DNA of 64,000 nucleotides from an uncultured virus (IMG/VR IMGVR_UViG_2061766007_000921) (IMGVR_UViG_2061766007_000921); one strand, 5' to 3'. Positions 19,758 through 29,849 are shown, counted from the first letter of the stretch. Notes: generated from the sequence alone by a model not told the origin. Numbers and translations: made by a program.

Positions 19758-20486
19758 ATGGGAACTATAAAAGAAGATAGAAAAGATCTTGAAATGCTTT
19801 TAAATGGAATAACAGCGAATACTAATATTCCAGGATTTTCCCAACCCCAGCAGTCAACAGTATCAATACAACCAGGACCTGCTCAACCAGCACAACCTGT
19901 TGTAGATGGTACAAAAGACGGTGAATTTGGTATTGAAAAATTATTTGATTTTGATTATGATTCAATACGAAAAGGAACTCGCAAAAAATGTAGAAAAACA
20001 GTATTGAATATAACAAATCATATATTACCAGATGATTTAATACAAGAAGATTATGTACAAGACAAAATTGAGCAAGACATTGAAACACTTACAGATTTAT
20101 ATGTGCAAGTTGAAATCAATACTCTTATGCAACGCTCTCTTGTAATTGCTGTATCACGTGGAAATCAAATTCCTCGTTATTATGAAGTTTTCGGACAGCT
20201 TACAGATAAAATACAGTCTCTTAATAAACAAATATTAAATACTGAACAAACAATAAGAAAAACTTATATTGATTTGAAATTTGAAATAAGAGACAAAGAA
20301 CAAGAAGTTGGTTATGAAGCATTTAATAAAGGAATAACTACTAGTACAACACAAAAACCACAAGGTGTTCTTGTAAGTTCTTCTAAAGATTTAATTGATA
20401 TGGCGAAAAAGAAGCACAAACAAGATTATATTGAAAATAAAATAAATGATATTTCTTATACAGAAATTGTAGAAAAAAATGATTAA
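19758..20486 (+). CDS. terS: Terminase small subunit (T4 gp16-like)
   Basis: PRYYEVFGQLTDKIQSLNKQIL resembles the gp16 PRxxEVFxxL...N.EIL segment. It lies upstream of terL. Confidence 0.65.
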   Translation: MGTIKEDRKDLEMLLNGITANTNIPGFSQPQQSTVSIQPGPAQPAQPVVDGTKDGEFGIEKLFDFDYDSIRKGTRKKCRKTVLNITNHILPDDLIQEDYVQDKIEQDIETLTDLYVQVEINTLMQRSLVIAVSRGNQIPRYYEVFGQLTDKIQSLNKQILNTEQTIRKTYIDLKFEIRDKEQEVGYEAFNKGITTSTTQKPQGVLVSSSKDLIDMAKKKHKQDYIENKINDISYTEIVEKND

Positions 20487-20850
20487 AGAAATTTACATAC
20501 GTACTCCAGAAGAACAAGTATATGATCCCAGCATCATTGATTATTCCAATGAAGTTGAATCTGCTATTACACAAATACGAATGATACTCGGAACAGAAAA
20601 TGGAGAAGTTTTGGGTGAATACAATTTTGGAGCAGATATATCATATTTAGTATTCAATACTGTAAAGAATTCTATGGAAATAAAAGAACGAATAAAAAAT
20701 CAAATTGACATTTATGCTAATCTTGGAAAACACATTACATATGATATTGATGTGCAATTTGGAAATTCAGGAGAAGGATATGATTATGCAGTAATAGATG
20801 TTATTTTGAATGGCAAAAAGGCAATTGCTTTTTTGATTGACAAAGATTAA
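20479..20850 (+). CDS. Baseplate wedge protein, gp25/GPW-like
   Basis: IRMILGTENGEVLGEYNFGADISYLVF matches the gp25 pattern (IL.T..GE......FG..l..llF). Confidence 0.7.
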   Translation: MIKEIYIRTPEEQVYDPSIIDYSNEVESAITQIRMILGTENGEVLGEYNFGADISYLVFNTVKNSMEIKERIKNQIDIYANLGKHITYDIDVQFGNSGEGYDYAVIDVILNGKKAIAFLIDKD

Positions 20851-20860
20851 TTTTTAATGT

Positions 20861-23557
20861 ATGGCATTTCAATATTCAAAGTCTTATGAAGAAAGAGATA
20901 CTTTTTCTTCAAATGAAGTATCTATTCCACAGGACGAAAAGAAAGCGAGAAAGATTTATTCTACAGCAATGATTAATCAGCTTATTAAAGATCGTAATGC
21001 TGGTTATGATATTGATTACGAGCCGTTTTATATGAAAGACTTGGATTTAAGATCTCCAAATATTTCATTTTTAATGACAGATGAAGAATATGAAGAATAT
21101 CAAAAATGCTATGATGATGCTTTATATTATGTAGAAAAATATTGTAAGTTTATGACTGATAACGGAATGTCATTGGTTGAACTTAGAGAATTTCAAAAAA
21201 ATGTTATTAAAACTGTTACAGATGAAACTTACTTAGAAGATCTCGATTTGTTTGGCCCAAAGAATAGGGGTGTTATATGGATGTCGGCAAGACAGTCAGG
21301 TAAGTGTTGTTTATTTGACAATGAATTGAATATAAAATATTATTCACCAAAATACAATCCTGAAAATATATCAATATCTGATTTATATTTTCAATATGAA
21401 AAACCCTCAAAGTTAAAATTATTGTTTTATAAGCTTTATCATAAATCAAAAAATATAAAATTTCTTAAAATATTTTTTGGTAAAATCATACAAGCAATTG
21501 AAACAAAGGAATTTAAAGGATTAGAATTAGATCAGAATGATATATCTAAAAAGGTAATAAAAACATATAAAACAAATAATTCAATATATGTTAAATGTGA
21601 TTATGGATATGCTCCTATAAAAAGTATTCATAAAACACAACCTTATGATGTTTATACAGTTCATTTAGAAAACGGTAAAATATTTGAATGTGCAGACAAG
21701 CATATATTATATGAATGGAAATCAGACGGAACAGTATCAGAAAAATTTGCAAAAGATTTTGAATATGGAAATTTCTTACACACCGAAGTTGGTCCTATAA
21801 AGATTCTGTGGGTAGAAAAAATGCCTTATAAAATGTCAATGTATGACATAACAGTTGATTCTCCAGAACATAGATATTATGCAAATGGAATTCTTTCACA
21901 TAATACTACTACTGTTTCTGCATTCTTATCTTGGATGCTTATATTTCATGCTGATAGAAATATATTAGTTGTTGCAAATAAAGAAGCAACAGCAATTGAA
22001 ATTGTTGATAAAATTACAAATATTTTCAAAGGACTTCCATTTTTTCTAAAACCCGGTTGCAACAATTTTGGTAAAACTGGATTAAGACTTGAAAATGGTT
22101 CTAGAATTTTATCATCTGCTACAACAAATACTGCATCTATCGGATTTACAATTCACTGTGTGTTGCTTGATGAGTTTGCACACATTCCTGACAATATTGT
22201 AAATAACTTCTGGAGATCTGTATATCCTACATTGTCATCATCAAAGATTTCACAATGTATAATTACTTCAACTCCTAATGGTACTACAAATAAATTTTAT
22301 GAATTGTGGAGTAATGCAATAGAAAAGAAAAATTCATTCATTCCTATTCGTACAGATTATTGGGAAGTTCCTGAACATGATGATGAATGGGCAACACAAA
22401 TGAGGGCAGACTTTGGTGATGATGAATTTGCACAAGAGTTTGAATTGCAATTCAATATCAATTCAAGAATGATACTTAAAGGAGAAGATTTGAAATGGTT
22501 GTCATTCTTCAAAAAAGAATATGTTAATAAAGAAATATATTCAAGTGATAATCCATTATTAAATGATCCTCATATGAAATGGCATCCAGATTTTGATCCT
22601 AATGATATATCAGATAATGATAAATTTATATTCATAGTAGACTTAGCAGAAGGAGTAGCAGATCCAGATAACAAATCATTTAAAAAGAAAAATGAAACTC
22701 CTGACTCAAACTCTATACAAATATTTAAATTGCAACTTAATAGTTTAGCAAATATAAGAAAATATGCAAACAAATCTTGTTCATTCAAAGATTGCTACAG
22801 ATTCATACAAGTAGGAACTTATGAAACAAATGAAGAAGATGAAGAATATTGTGGAAAAGTATGTGCAGCACTTGCATATGATTGGCTGCATGACGATGAC
22901 CGTGAAAATGTAAAAGTTATGGTTGAAGTAAACTTTAACGGAAAATCTTTCATCAATGCAATGGGAACACATCCTGCATATTACAAAGGAACAATACTTT
23001 ATACATATCATACAAAGCCTGTACCTGGTGAAGTACAACGTCGTAGAGCAGGATTCAAAACAAAAGGAGATAAAGAAGCATTTTGTATGAAAGGTGCAAA
23101 ACTGATTTCAATGAGACGTATTATTCCAACTGATGCTGCAACATATAACCAAATGCAATCATTCGGATATGTTCGTGGAAAACTTAAAGGAATTGCTTGT
23201 CATGATGACTTGTCTATGCCAGTATTCAATCATATATCAAGAATGCTGGACGATGATTTATTCCAAACTTGGTTAGAGGAATGTCTTGAAATAGATGAAC
23301 ACAAAGAACAAGTTTATAAAATAAACAACTTGATTGAAGCTTGGGCTCTTGAAAATCCTGAAATGTCTGATTCTGAATTTGATGCAATGTATTCAGATAC
23401 TGGACTTGGAGGATTAGAAATTGTTCAAAACAGAAATCCTTATTCAGTTGAAACATCAAACAATCCATATATTGGAACTGCAACATCAGGAATCGGATAT
23501 TCACAAATGTTTCCTGGATCTCAAAATATTACATATTCATCATTACTGAGAAGATAA
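20861..23557 (+). CDS. terL: Terminase large subunit (T4 gp17-like) containing an intein
   Basis: Walker A ARQSGK|T, Walker B VLLDEFAH, coupling motif ITSTPNG, FAQEF, and nuclease acidic residues (IVDLAEG, HDDL). Confidence 0.93.
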   Translation: MAFQYSKSYEERDTFSSNEVSIPQDEKKARKIYSTAMINQLIKDRNAGYDIDYEPFYMKDLDLRSPNISFLMTDEEYEEYQKCYDDALYYVEKYCKFMTDNGMSLVELREFQKNVIKTVTDETYLEDLDLFGPKNRGVIWMSARQSGKCCLFDNELNIKYYSPKYNPENISISDLYFQYEKPSKLKLLFYKLYHKSKNIKFLKIFFGKIIQAIETKEFKGLELDQNDISKKVIKTYKTNNSIYVKCDYGYAPIKSIHKTQPYDVYTVHLENGKIFECADKHILYEWKSDGTVSEKFAKDFEYGNFLHTEVGPIKILWVEKMPYKMSMYDITVDSPEHRYYANGILSHNTTTVSAFLSWMLIFHADRNILVVANKEATAIEIVDKITNIFKGLPFFLKPGCNNFGKTGLRLENGSRILSSATTNTASIGFTIHCVLLDEFAHIPDNIVNNFWRSVYPTLSSSKISQCIITSTPNGTTNKFYELWSNAIEKKNSFIPIRTDYWEVPEHDDEWATQMRADFGDDEFAQEFELQFNINSRMILKGEDLKWLSFFKKEYVNKEIYSSDNPLLNDPHMKWHPDFDPNDISDNDKFIFIVDLAEGVADPDNKSFKKKNETPDSNSIQIFKLQLNSLANIRKYANKSCSFKDCYRFIQVGTYETNEEDEEYCGKVCAALAYDWLHDDDRENVKVMVEVNFNGKSFINAMGTHPAYYKGTILYTYHTKPVPGEVQRRRAGFKTKGDKEAFCMKGAKLISMRRIIPTDAATYNQMQSFGYVRGKLKGIACHDDLSMPVFNHISRMLDDDLFQTWLEECLEIDEHKEQVYKINNLIEAWALENPEMSDSEFDAMYSDTGLGGLEIVQNRNPYSVETSNNPYIGTATSGIGYSQMFPGSQNITYSSLLRR
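21305..21904 (+). mobile_element. Mini-intein (200 aa) in the terminase Walker A motif
   Basis: Begins with Cys (CCLFD) right after GK. Block B-like FECADKH, block F MYDITV and terminal ILSHN are present, followed by Thr+1. Removal restores RQSGKTT. No LAGLIDADG motif seen. Confidence 0.9.
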
Positions 23558-23581
23558 AAAAGAGAGATTTAAATCCCTCTT

Positions 23582-24664
23582 TTAATTTTTCAAAACTGTA
23601 ATAGCAGCAAATTGTATTGAATATTTTCTTTGTACCTTTTTTGAATACTTTTTAACATCATTGTATTTTGCAAGTGTAAGCCAACTAAGTTTTGAACCGT
23701 ATTTAAAAACTAAATCTTCAGGAATATTCTTATGTGTACTTGCAGCATCCCAAGTTTTGTATTTTGTTTTTAATGCAAGGTTAAATAATTCAAGATCTTT
23801 ATCTTCTTCCTCAGCTTGATATTTCAAACGATTAACAAGAAACTCTGAATCAAGACCTTCATAATATACTCCATCTTTAACAGACCAAGGAGAAACATAT
23901 TTCATTTGTTTATTAACAACAATTTCTACAATAGAGTCATCATCTTTAACTGGATTTGGACCCCACTCAATTGTCTGCGGTGCACTTACTCTATTTACTG
24001 GTTGATACTTGCCGGCTTTTCTAATCTTCTTAGCTTCTGCACGCAGTTTGACAATATAGCTCCCAGCTTCTTGTTCCTGTCTTCCAGAGTCTTTACTTTT
24101 GATTGATATATCGTTATCTTTGACTGCAGCTCTACTATTTGTGGGCTGGTCAAGTTCTTTATCGATTCTTGAAGTTTTTGTCCTGCTGTTAGAACATTGT
24201 TCGTTATCTCTTGTATTTTTTGCTGTTGATGATACAACTTGCTTATCTCGTTTTGCAACACATTTTGATTTTTCTGCAGTGTTTTGCAATCCTCTTTGTG
24301 AAGTTCTGCTAGATACTCCAGTGTTCTTTTTATTCTTATCTGTCTTACTATCAGAAACAGTATTACTGCTACTAATACGAGTACTCCTAGATTTCTTAGT
24401 GTCAGAAGTTTTTCTAGTTGAAGATTTAGTGCTAGAAGACTTAGTTGACTTATTAACAGTTTCATTTTTCTTTATTTCTTTATTCTTTTTAGATGATTTT
24501 TCTTTGGATGATAGTTTATCTTTTTTAGACTTGCTATCACTTTTGGATGAACTTTTAGTTGTCTTGGCTGCATTTTTGACTACACCTTTTGTAGATTTGG
24601 AAATATTGACATCGTCTTCACCAAACAATGCAACACTTTTTGCAGTTTCTTTTTTCTTTGCCAT
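23582..24664 (-). CDS. Hypothetical protein with a long Lys/Ser-rich low-complexity N-half
   Basis: 360-aa ORF with a basic, probably disordered N-half and a globular-looking C-terminal ~130 aa. Confidence 0.7.
   Translation of the reverse strand: MAKKKETAKSVALFGEDDVNISKSTKGVVKNAAKTTKSSSKSDSKSKKDKLSSKEKSSKKNKEIKKNETVNKSTKSSSTKSSTRKTSDTKKSRSTRISSSNTVSDSKTDKNKKNTGVSSRTSQRGLQNTAEKSKCVAKRDKQVVSSTAKNTRDNEQCSNSRTKTSRIDKELDQPTNSRAAVKDNDISIKSKDSGRQEQEAGSYIVKLRAEAKKIRKAGKYQPVNRVSAPQTIEWGPNPVKDDDSIVEIVVNKQMKYVSPWSVKDGVYYEGLDSEFLVNRLKYQAEEEDKDLELFNLALKTKYKTWDAASTHKNIPEDLVFKYGSKLSWLTLAKYNDVKKYSKKVQRKYSIQFAAITVLKN
23995..24465 (-). CDS. Putative nested gene: single-pass membrane coiled-coil protein
   Basis: Same-strand alternate-frame ORF with ATG after an A-rich leader, a hydrophobic LGVLVLVAVILFLIV segment and then long heptad-like Q/L/K helices. 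Confidence 0.55.
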   Translation of the reverse strand: MKLLISQLSLLALNLQLEKLLTLRNLGVLVLVAVILFLIVRQIRIKRTLEYLAELHKEDCKTLQKNQNVLQNEISKLYHQQQKIQEITNNVLTAGQKLQESIKNLTSPQIVELQSKITIYQSKVKTLEDRNKKLGAILSNCVQKLRRLEKPASINQ

Positions 24665-24666
24665 AA

Positions 24667-25536
24667 TTAATATGAATAATCAACTAAACAAATCAAATCA
24701 TTTTTATGAGTTCTGTTGAACATGTTATAATGTTTATTGTTAAACTCTTCTCTGTCATATTTCTCTCTAAACATATCAAGTCCAACAAAACGAATACCTG
24801 CAAATCTGAACATTTCATCATTCATATCCCAAGAATTGAAAAATGTATCATGAAAATGTCCATAAGTCCAAATCTTCAAATTTGGATTATTTCTTTTAAG
24901 AATATATGCTCCCTGTGCAAGAGTAGTTCTTTCTTCTTTCAAATCATATTCAAGCATATTGTCATATTTAAACCAATGTGCAATACCACTTGTAGTAACA
25001 GGCAAACAAAAATCTGGAGCACTGTGTGTACATACAGCAGATAAATTAAATTTGTCTGAATCAAATTCTGCAGGAAGAGCACGAACTTGTTCATTCTCCC
25101 AATAAGACTGATTTTTAACTCTTCTGGTTCTGTCTATGCTAATTCCACCTCCCCAAAGAAGAATATTGAACTCATAATAAAATTTTACAACGGTAAAATC
25201 TTCTGCAATAATAACATTTTTATAATTTACTGCAAATTCATCATCTTGATAATCAAACCAAGACGGATCATCATGATTACCCCTGAAGAAAATAACATAT
25301 ACATTGTTAGCAGAAATAATAGTTTGAACTTTCTGGAAAATTTCTTCCATTTTCTTTTTACTGTAAAATCCAAAACCACAATCTCCGCAAACAATTACAA
25401 CACAGTTTTTAAGTTTGCATGAATTGATAATATCATCTGCAAATGAAACAAAGTTTCCATGTATATCTCCAACAGAATAAACTTTCTCAAGATTCTGCTC
25501 ACGAGTAAATTGAATTTGCTTATTACTATATCTCAT
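24667..25536 (-). CDS. Calcineurin-like metallophosphoesterase
   Basis: GDIHG, GDCG, RGNHD, THSAP and GHFH motifs. Confidence 0.9.
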   Translation of the reverse strand: MRYSNKQIQFTREQNLEKVYSVGDIHGNFVSFADDIINSCKLKNCVVIVCGDCGFGFYSKKKMEEIFQKVQTIISANNVYVIFFRGNHDDPSWFDYQDDEFAVNYKNVIIAEDFTVVKFYYEFNILLWGGGISIDRTRRVKNQSYWENEQVRALPAEFDSDKFNLSAVCTHSAPDFCLPVTTSGIAHWFKYDNMLEYDLKEERTTLAQGAYILKRNNPNLKIWTYGHFHDTFFNSWDMNDEMFRFAGIRFVGLDMFREKYDREEFNNKHYNMFNRTHKNDLICLVDYSY

Positions 25537-25556
25537 AACATTTTTATTTTGTGATA

Positions 25557-25586
25557 CAAATATACAAAAAATATTTTATCTACAAA
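25557..25586 (-). promoter_or_regulatory. Bacteroidota housekeeping-sigma promoter (-33 TTTG / -7 TAnnTTTG)
   Basis: Minus strand TTTG-N18-TATATTTG upstream of the phosphoesterase. Confidence 0.7.
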
Positions 25587-25593
25587 AATTTTT

Positions 25594-26487
25594 TTATATT
25601 TTATAGTTCCTTGCAATTTTCAATATTTCTTTAAGCTGCTTATTATTCAATGGAATAATGTAATAATGATTTTCTCCAACGTGAACCTTTATATATGAAT
25701 CTTCTGGAGTATCTGGTTTAATGTCTGCAATAGTTTTATCTATATCAGAACGTTTGACGAGAGCATTGTGATATGTAGTGCTTGAATAAAATCTTCCATT
25801 TCGAAGCCAAGGATCATCTCCTTGAAATGAAATCATATTTTCAAAATTTGAATCATAATATATTTTATTCATAAATGCATAATCATAATCTCTTCTATCT
25901 GCAAATCCTCCTGTACTTAATACAAAATTTAATTTAGTAATCATTCCTGATGGATCAAGTGAAGCACAAGGATGAATTATTCTATAATTTTCATTAACAG
26001 TTCCTGGTTTTCCATTTCTAAAAGCAAGGGCATCAGCATTTCTTGAAAAATATTGTGAACCATGTTCATCTACCATATTTGTCCACCAAATTTGATGATC
26101 ATAATCTGTTGATATTGATATTAAATATTTTGGAAAACTTGTAGACAATATATTATCATCATCCAATATGTAAATAAATGGATCTGAAGTTTGATAATTG
26201 TGATTCTTTAAATCTTGCAACGGTAAATTAAATAAAGCTCCTCCGTAATTTTCTTTATCTTTTTCTCCTTGATAATATATTGATACTCTTATACCAGCAT
26301 CTACACAAGATTTTGTTATTTTCTTAACAACATCTTGATTTATATCTGCATTGTATTTGTCAAAGCATAAAGCCCACATAGGTTCTATTTTATCCTTATA
26401 TGGGCTCAATACAGTTTTTAAGTTTTCTAAAATATAAAAAAGATTTTGTGTTCTTAATACTGCAGTTATAAGAATTAATTCTATCAT
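25594..26487 (-). CDS. GT-A fold glycosyltransferase (GT2-like)
   Basis: N-terminal LILITAVLR strand, YILDDDN DxD motif and late GGF...DY.FM motif. Confidence 0.65.
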   Translation of the reverse strand: MIELILITAVLRTQNLFYILENLKTVLSPYKDKIEPMWALCFDKYNADINQDVVKKITKSCVDAGIRVSIYYQGEKDKENYGGALFNLPLQDLKNHNYQTSDPFIYILDDDNILSTSFPKYLISISTDYDHQIWWTNMVDEHGSQYFSRNADALAFRNGKPGTVNENYRIIHPCASLDPSGMITKLNFVLSTGGFADRRDYDYAFMNKIYYDSNFENMISFQGDDPWLRNGRFYSSTTYHNALVKRSDIDKTIADIKPDTPEDSYIKVHVGENHYYIIPLNNKQLKEILKIARNYKI

Positions 26488-26520
26488 TTAATTGATATTC
26501 TATTTTTATATTTATGATGA

Positions 26521-27999
26521 TTAATCATCATCTTCATATTTACCAAATCTGCTTTCGTACATTTCTATCAATTCATATTTTTCATGAATTGCTGTCATCA
26601 TTTCTTTTTTGAATTCTTTTCGTTTGTTATAGAAATCAGTACAAATTTTTGGTATGAATCCTGGTAGATTTCGTTTATAAATTGCACCTGATGTAGTCAT
26701 AATTTCATCTGGTGCTCGTTTATGCTCTTTATCTACTTTAATGAACGTTTCTGGTGATACATTAAATTGTCTAATCGTTGAAGGATAAAGTGAAGCAAAA
26801 TCAAGTGCGATTACATTTTTATAAATTCCACGAATCGGTTCATATACAAATGCTCCTTCATATCCTTCCTTTGACGGTGCTTTCTTTTGCATATTTGGCA
26901 TAACTTTGCCATCTTTATACAAATATTCACATTGTACTATTTCAAGACTACGTACTGGACTAAAAGCAACAAGAGCATCTACATGCATAAGATTTGCAAG
27001 TGACATAAAAGTTGTACTTGTTGAAATTTTCAAATCAATTTCACGTACAAGAATACTATCAACTGCATTATAAAATACATAATCAGCTGGAGTTTGATTC
27101 CACAAATCTTTAAATCCAAGTTGATGAACAACTTTTTTAATTCCAAGAATCTTTTCAGATACCCAGTCAAGCTTGTTGCTCTCCTTTACAGATACTGTTC
27201 TATCCCATTTAACATATACTTCCATATAGTCATACAACAATTTATGCTTAGGAAGAGTTATAGGATCACCTTCACTCGTTTGCAATTTTTGTTTAAACCA
27301 CGAATTAGTTGGTGACAAATAAGAAATATCAATGCCTAATACTTTTGCACGATTATACAAATATTTGTAGTCATATCCGAAAAAGTTCCATCCTGTCACG
27401 CAATCTGCTAATCTGAAATGATTATAGAAAAAATCCATAAGCATTGCAACTTCATTCTCATAATATAAATATGTGAATTTATATTTTGTTTTGAATCCTT
27501 TACAATGCTCATCAATATTCTTCTGAATACGTGCTATATCTTCACCTGATAGATTTGCTCTTCCAAATACATAAGCATCATTATTATGAACCCAAGAAAT
27601 TGTATTTACTTGATTTCTAACATTATCAGCATCAGGAAATCCATCATCGTCAACATCAACTTCAATATCACAGTAATATGTGTCTGGCGCATGAAATTCA
27701 TGTATAATATCAACTTGTGGATTTGCTTTTGCAAGATCTAACAATATTTCATGTACTCTAAAATCTGACAAATATCCATCTGATTGAGTTTTTACTACAT
27801 TTTTATAATCCCAAGATTTAAAATATGGATCAGGAGTATCACTTCTTTTAGCATATTTCCACTGATACATTTGATTCTCAGGTATATAATAAGTCAAATA
27901 TGAAATTTTTCCTTGATTGTTTATATATGAAACGACAAGCTGTTTACACGGCTTGCCATATTCATTTAACGAATCTCTTAATTCAGTGTTTACTAACAT
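26521..27999 (-). CDS. Family B DNA polymerase, N-terminal subunit (exonuclease, palm motif A, first fingers helix)
   Basis: ExoI YCDIEVD, ExoII GWNFFGYD, ExoIII YNAVDS and motif A DFASLYPS. It stops after FYNKRKEFKKEM and lacks KxxxNSxYG and YGDTDS. Confidence 0.9.
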   Translation of the reverse strand: MLVNTELRDSLNEYGKPCKQLVVSYINNQGKISYLTYYIPENQMYQWKYAKRSDTPDPYFKSWDYKNVVKTQSDGYLSDFRVHEILLDLAKANPQVDIIHEFHAPDTYYCDIEVDVDDDGFPDADNVRNQVNTISWVHNNDAYVFGRANLSGEDIARIQKNIDEHCKGFKTKYKFTYLYYENEVAMLMDFFYNHFRLADCVTGWNFFGYDYKYLYNRAKVLGIDISYLSPTNSWFKQKLQTSEGDPITLPKHKLLYDYMEVYVKWDRTVSVKESNKLDWVSEKILGIKKVVHQLGFKDLWNQTPADYVFYNAVDSILVREIDLKISTSTTFMSLANLMHVDALVAFSPVRSLEIVQCEYLYKDGKVMPNMQKKAPSKEGYEGAFVYEPIRGIYKNVIALDFASLYPSTIRQFNVSPETFIKVDKEHKRAPDEIMTTSGAIYKRNLPGFIPKICTDFYNKRKEFKKEMMTAIHEKYELIEMYESRFGKYEDDD

Positions 28000-28598
28000 T
28001 ATGCTTTGTTTGTGTTATTTAAATTATCTTTGTCATCAATTGAAATGCCAGATCCAAATCCTTTACTTTGTCTTTTTGAGTCTTCGTGGAATTTTTCAAA
28101 TACTTCCTTTGATGAACATGGTTTAGGTTCAGTCAAAATTACAGGAGTATGTACAAATTGTATCAATTTTTCACCAGATTTAATTGTTACATCTTCATCA
28201 GAATCATTTGCTACTCCAATATGAACTTCACCAGAGTAATCAGAATCAACTACTTGTGCAGTAAATCTTAATCCCTTTTTAGTAGAAACACCAGATTTGT
28301 TACTTGCAATAAGAGCAGTTCCCCTTGGAATCATACATTTAACACCTGAAGGAATCAATATTCTTTGTCCTGGTTTAAGAGTAATTACAAGTACATTTCC
28401 ATCTTGTGAATCATCAATTTCATATATAAGTTTTCTATTTTTATTTTTAAGTATCAAATCTTCCAAAAACTTAGAATCATAATTTGGTACATAAAAATCT
28501 ATTCCTGCTGCTTCAGTCGTTCCTCTTGATGGAGCATGTACATCTCTTACTAAAAAATAATAGAAAAAATCATTAACAGATGAAAACAAATCAAACAT
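27999..28598 (-). CDS. dut: Trimeric dUTPase
   Basis: Motifs AAGIDF, (N)KSG, VVDSDYSGE, GEKLIQ and RQSKGFGS. Confidence 0.9.
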   Translation of the reverse strand: MFDLFSSVNDFFYYFLVRDVHAPSRGTTEAAGIDFYVPNYDSKFLEDLILKNKNRKLIYEIDDSQDGNVLVITLKPGQRILIPSGVKCMIPRGTALIASNKSGVSTKKGLRFTAQVVDSDYSGEVHIGVANDSDEDVTIKSGEKLIQFVHTPVILTEPKPCSSKEVFEKFHEDSKRQSKGFGSGISIDDKDNLNNTNKA

Positions 28599-28675
28599 AT
28601 TTACATAATTTAAATTTCAAATATTCTATACTTCTAAAATATCAAAGTTTAGATTTATTATATAAATAATATATT

Positions 28676-29686
28676 ATGGCAGGAACTAGATTAACAAGTA
28701 ACTTACTTCCTAATATATCTTATGAAGGAAACTTTGCAGCAGAACAAGGACGCTTGCTGCAAGCAGAATCTGTATTGGTTATAATTGAAAACAAACTCAA
28801 TAAAACTATTCCAAGATATACAGACAAATATACAACTGAAAGAACTGTAAACTTTGAAGAAGAATGCCGTTTAGAGCTTAAAAGAGATATGGATAAAATT
28901 GAAAATTGTAAGAATATTTCTTCTACTCTAACACAATTAATTGCAGAACTTAATGATATGAACAAGTTCAATGTTCAAAATCTTCAATATTACGCTTCAC
29001 AAGTATTTTTAAAGAAGTTTCAAATATTAGCATTGAAAGTGAAAAAACTTTTGCTTAATGTTAAAATGAGAACTTCAGAATATACAAAAAACCTATTGTC
29101 CGGAATTATATTAGGTAAAGCATCAGAAGTATTGATGCCAATAGTTGGAGGAATTTTGGCAGCATTTCAAGCATTATCGCAAATGTTATCTGGTTTGTTG
29201 ATGGGAATACAAACAGTTTTAAATTTGATTCCTGAATTTTTAAAAGTTGATGCAGAAGGAATGACATTTTTTATGACACCTAAGAGTATGAAAAATGTTA
29301 AAATAAATGCTGTTAACTCAAATCAAAGTATTACAAATCGTTTACCAGAACCTATAAAAATAACTATTGCTAATGTATTGACTGCCAATAAGGTAGCAAA
29401 TATAGCAATAAGAAAAGCAAATATAGCAGCTGCTGCTATAAAAGGTGCTGCATCTGCAGCATCAAAAAGTACAACATTTGATATTGGAAAAAATAATCCA
29501 ATAAAACCGATTGATTCTGCAGCAGTATTAAAACAAGTAGATAGAATCGTATCATTGATTCCAATACCTCAGGCTCTGCCTAAATATGAAAAACTATCAA
29601 TTACCAATTTAGGATTTTTGGCATGGTGTATGACAGGTTGGTGTCCTGCAGGTAAACAAAGTTTTGGATTTCCATATTATCCATAA
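28676..29686 (+). CDS. Hypothetical late protein with hydrophobic helical segments
   Basis: Isolated + strand ORF with TATAAATA at 28661-28668 and a downstream hairpin. Confidence 0.7.
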   Translation: MAGTRLTSNLLPNISYEGNFAAEQGRLLQAESVLVIIENKLNKTIPRYTDKYTTERTVNFEEECRLELKRDMDKIENCKNISSTLTQLIAELNDMNKFNVQNLQYYASQVFLKKFQILALKVKKLLLNVKMRTSEYTKNLLSGIILGKASEVLMPIVGGILAAFQALSQMLSGLLMGIQTVLNLIPEFLKVDAEGMTFFMTPKSMKNVKINAVNSNQSITNRLPEPIKITIANVLTANKVANIAIRKANIAAAAIKGAASAASKSTTFDIGKNNPIKPIDSAAVLKQVDRIVSLIPIPQALPKYEKLSITNLGFLAWCMTGWCPAGKQSFGFPYYP

Positions 29687-29690
29687 AAAT

Positions 29691-29725
29691 AATCTCAAGA
29701 CTATTTCTTGTCTTGAGATTTTTCT
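29691..29725 (+). terminator. Rho-independent terminator between convergent genes
   Basis: AATCTCAAGAC-tatttctt-GTCTTGAGATT followed by TTTCT. Confidence 0.65.
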
Positions 29726-29849
29726 TTATTAATAAATTGTTGATAAAAAGCGGGAGATATTGTAGTATAACCTGTAGCAGTGTTTGAAATATCTTTTTCT
29801 ACATAATGCTTAGGCTTTTTAACTTTTCTCTTACGAGAAAATTTTCTAA

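Noticed and set aside
24099..24719. 206-aa hydrophobic + strand ORF
   Set aside because: It is the antisense shadow of a Lys/Ser-rich gene (AAA read as TTT), with a non-ATG start and no promoter.
25594..27999. Frameshifted polymerase pseudogene continuing downstream
   Set aside because: The downstream ORF is a GT-A protein, and no polymerase motif B or C is visible in the ORFs there.
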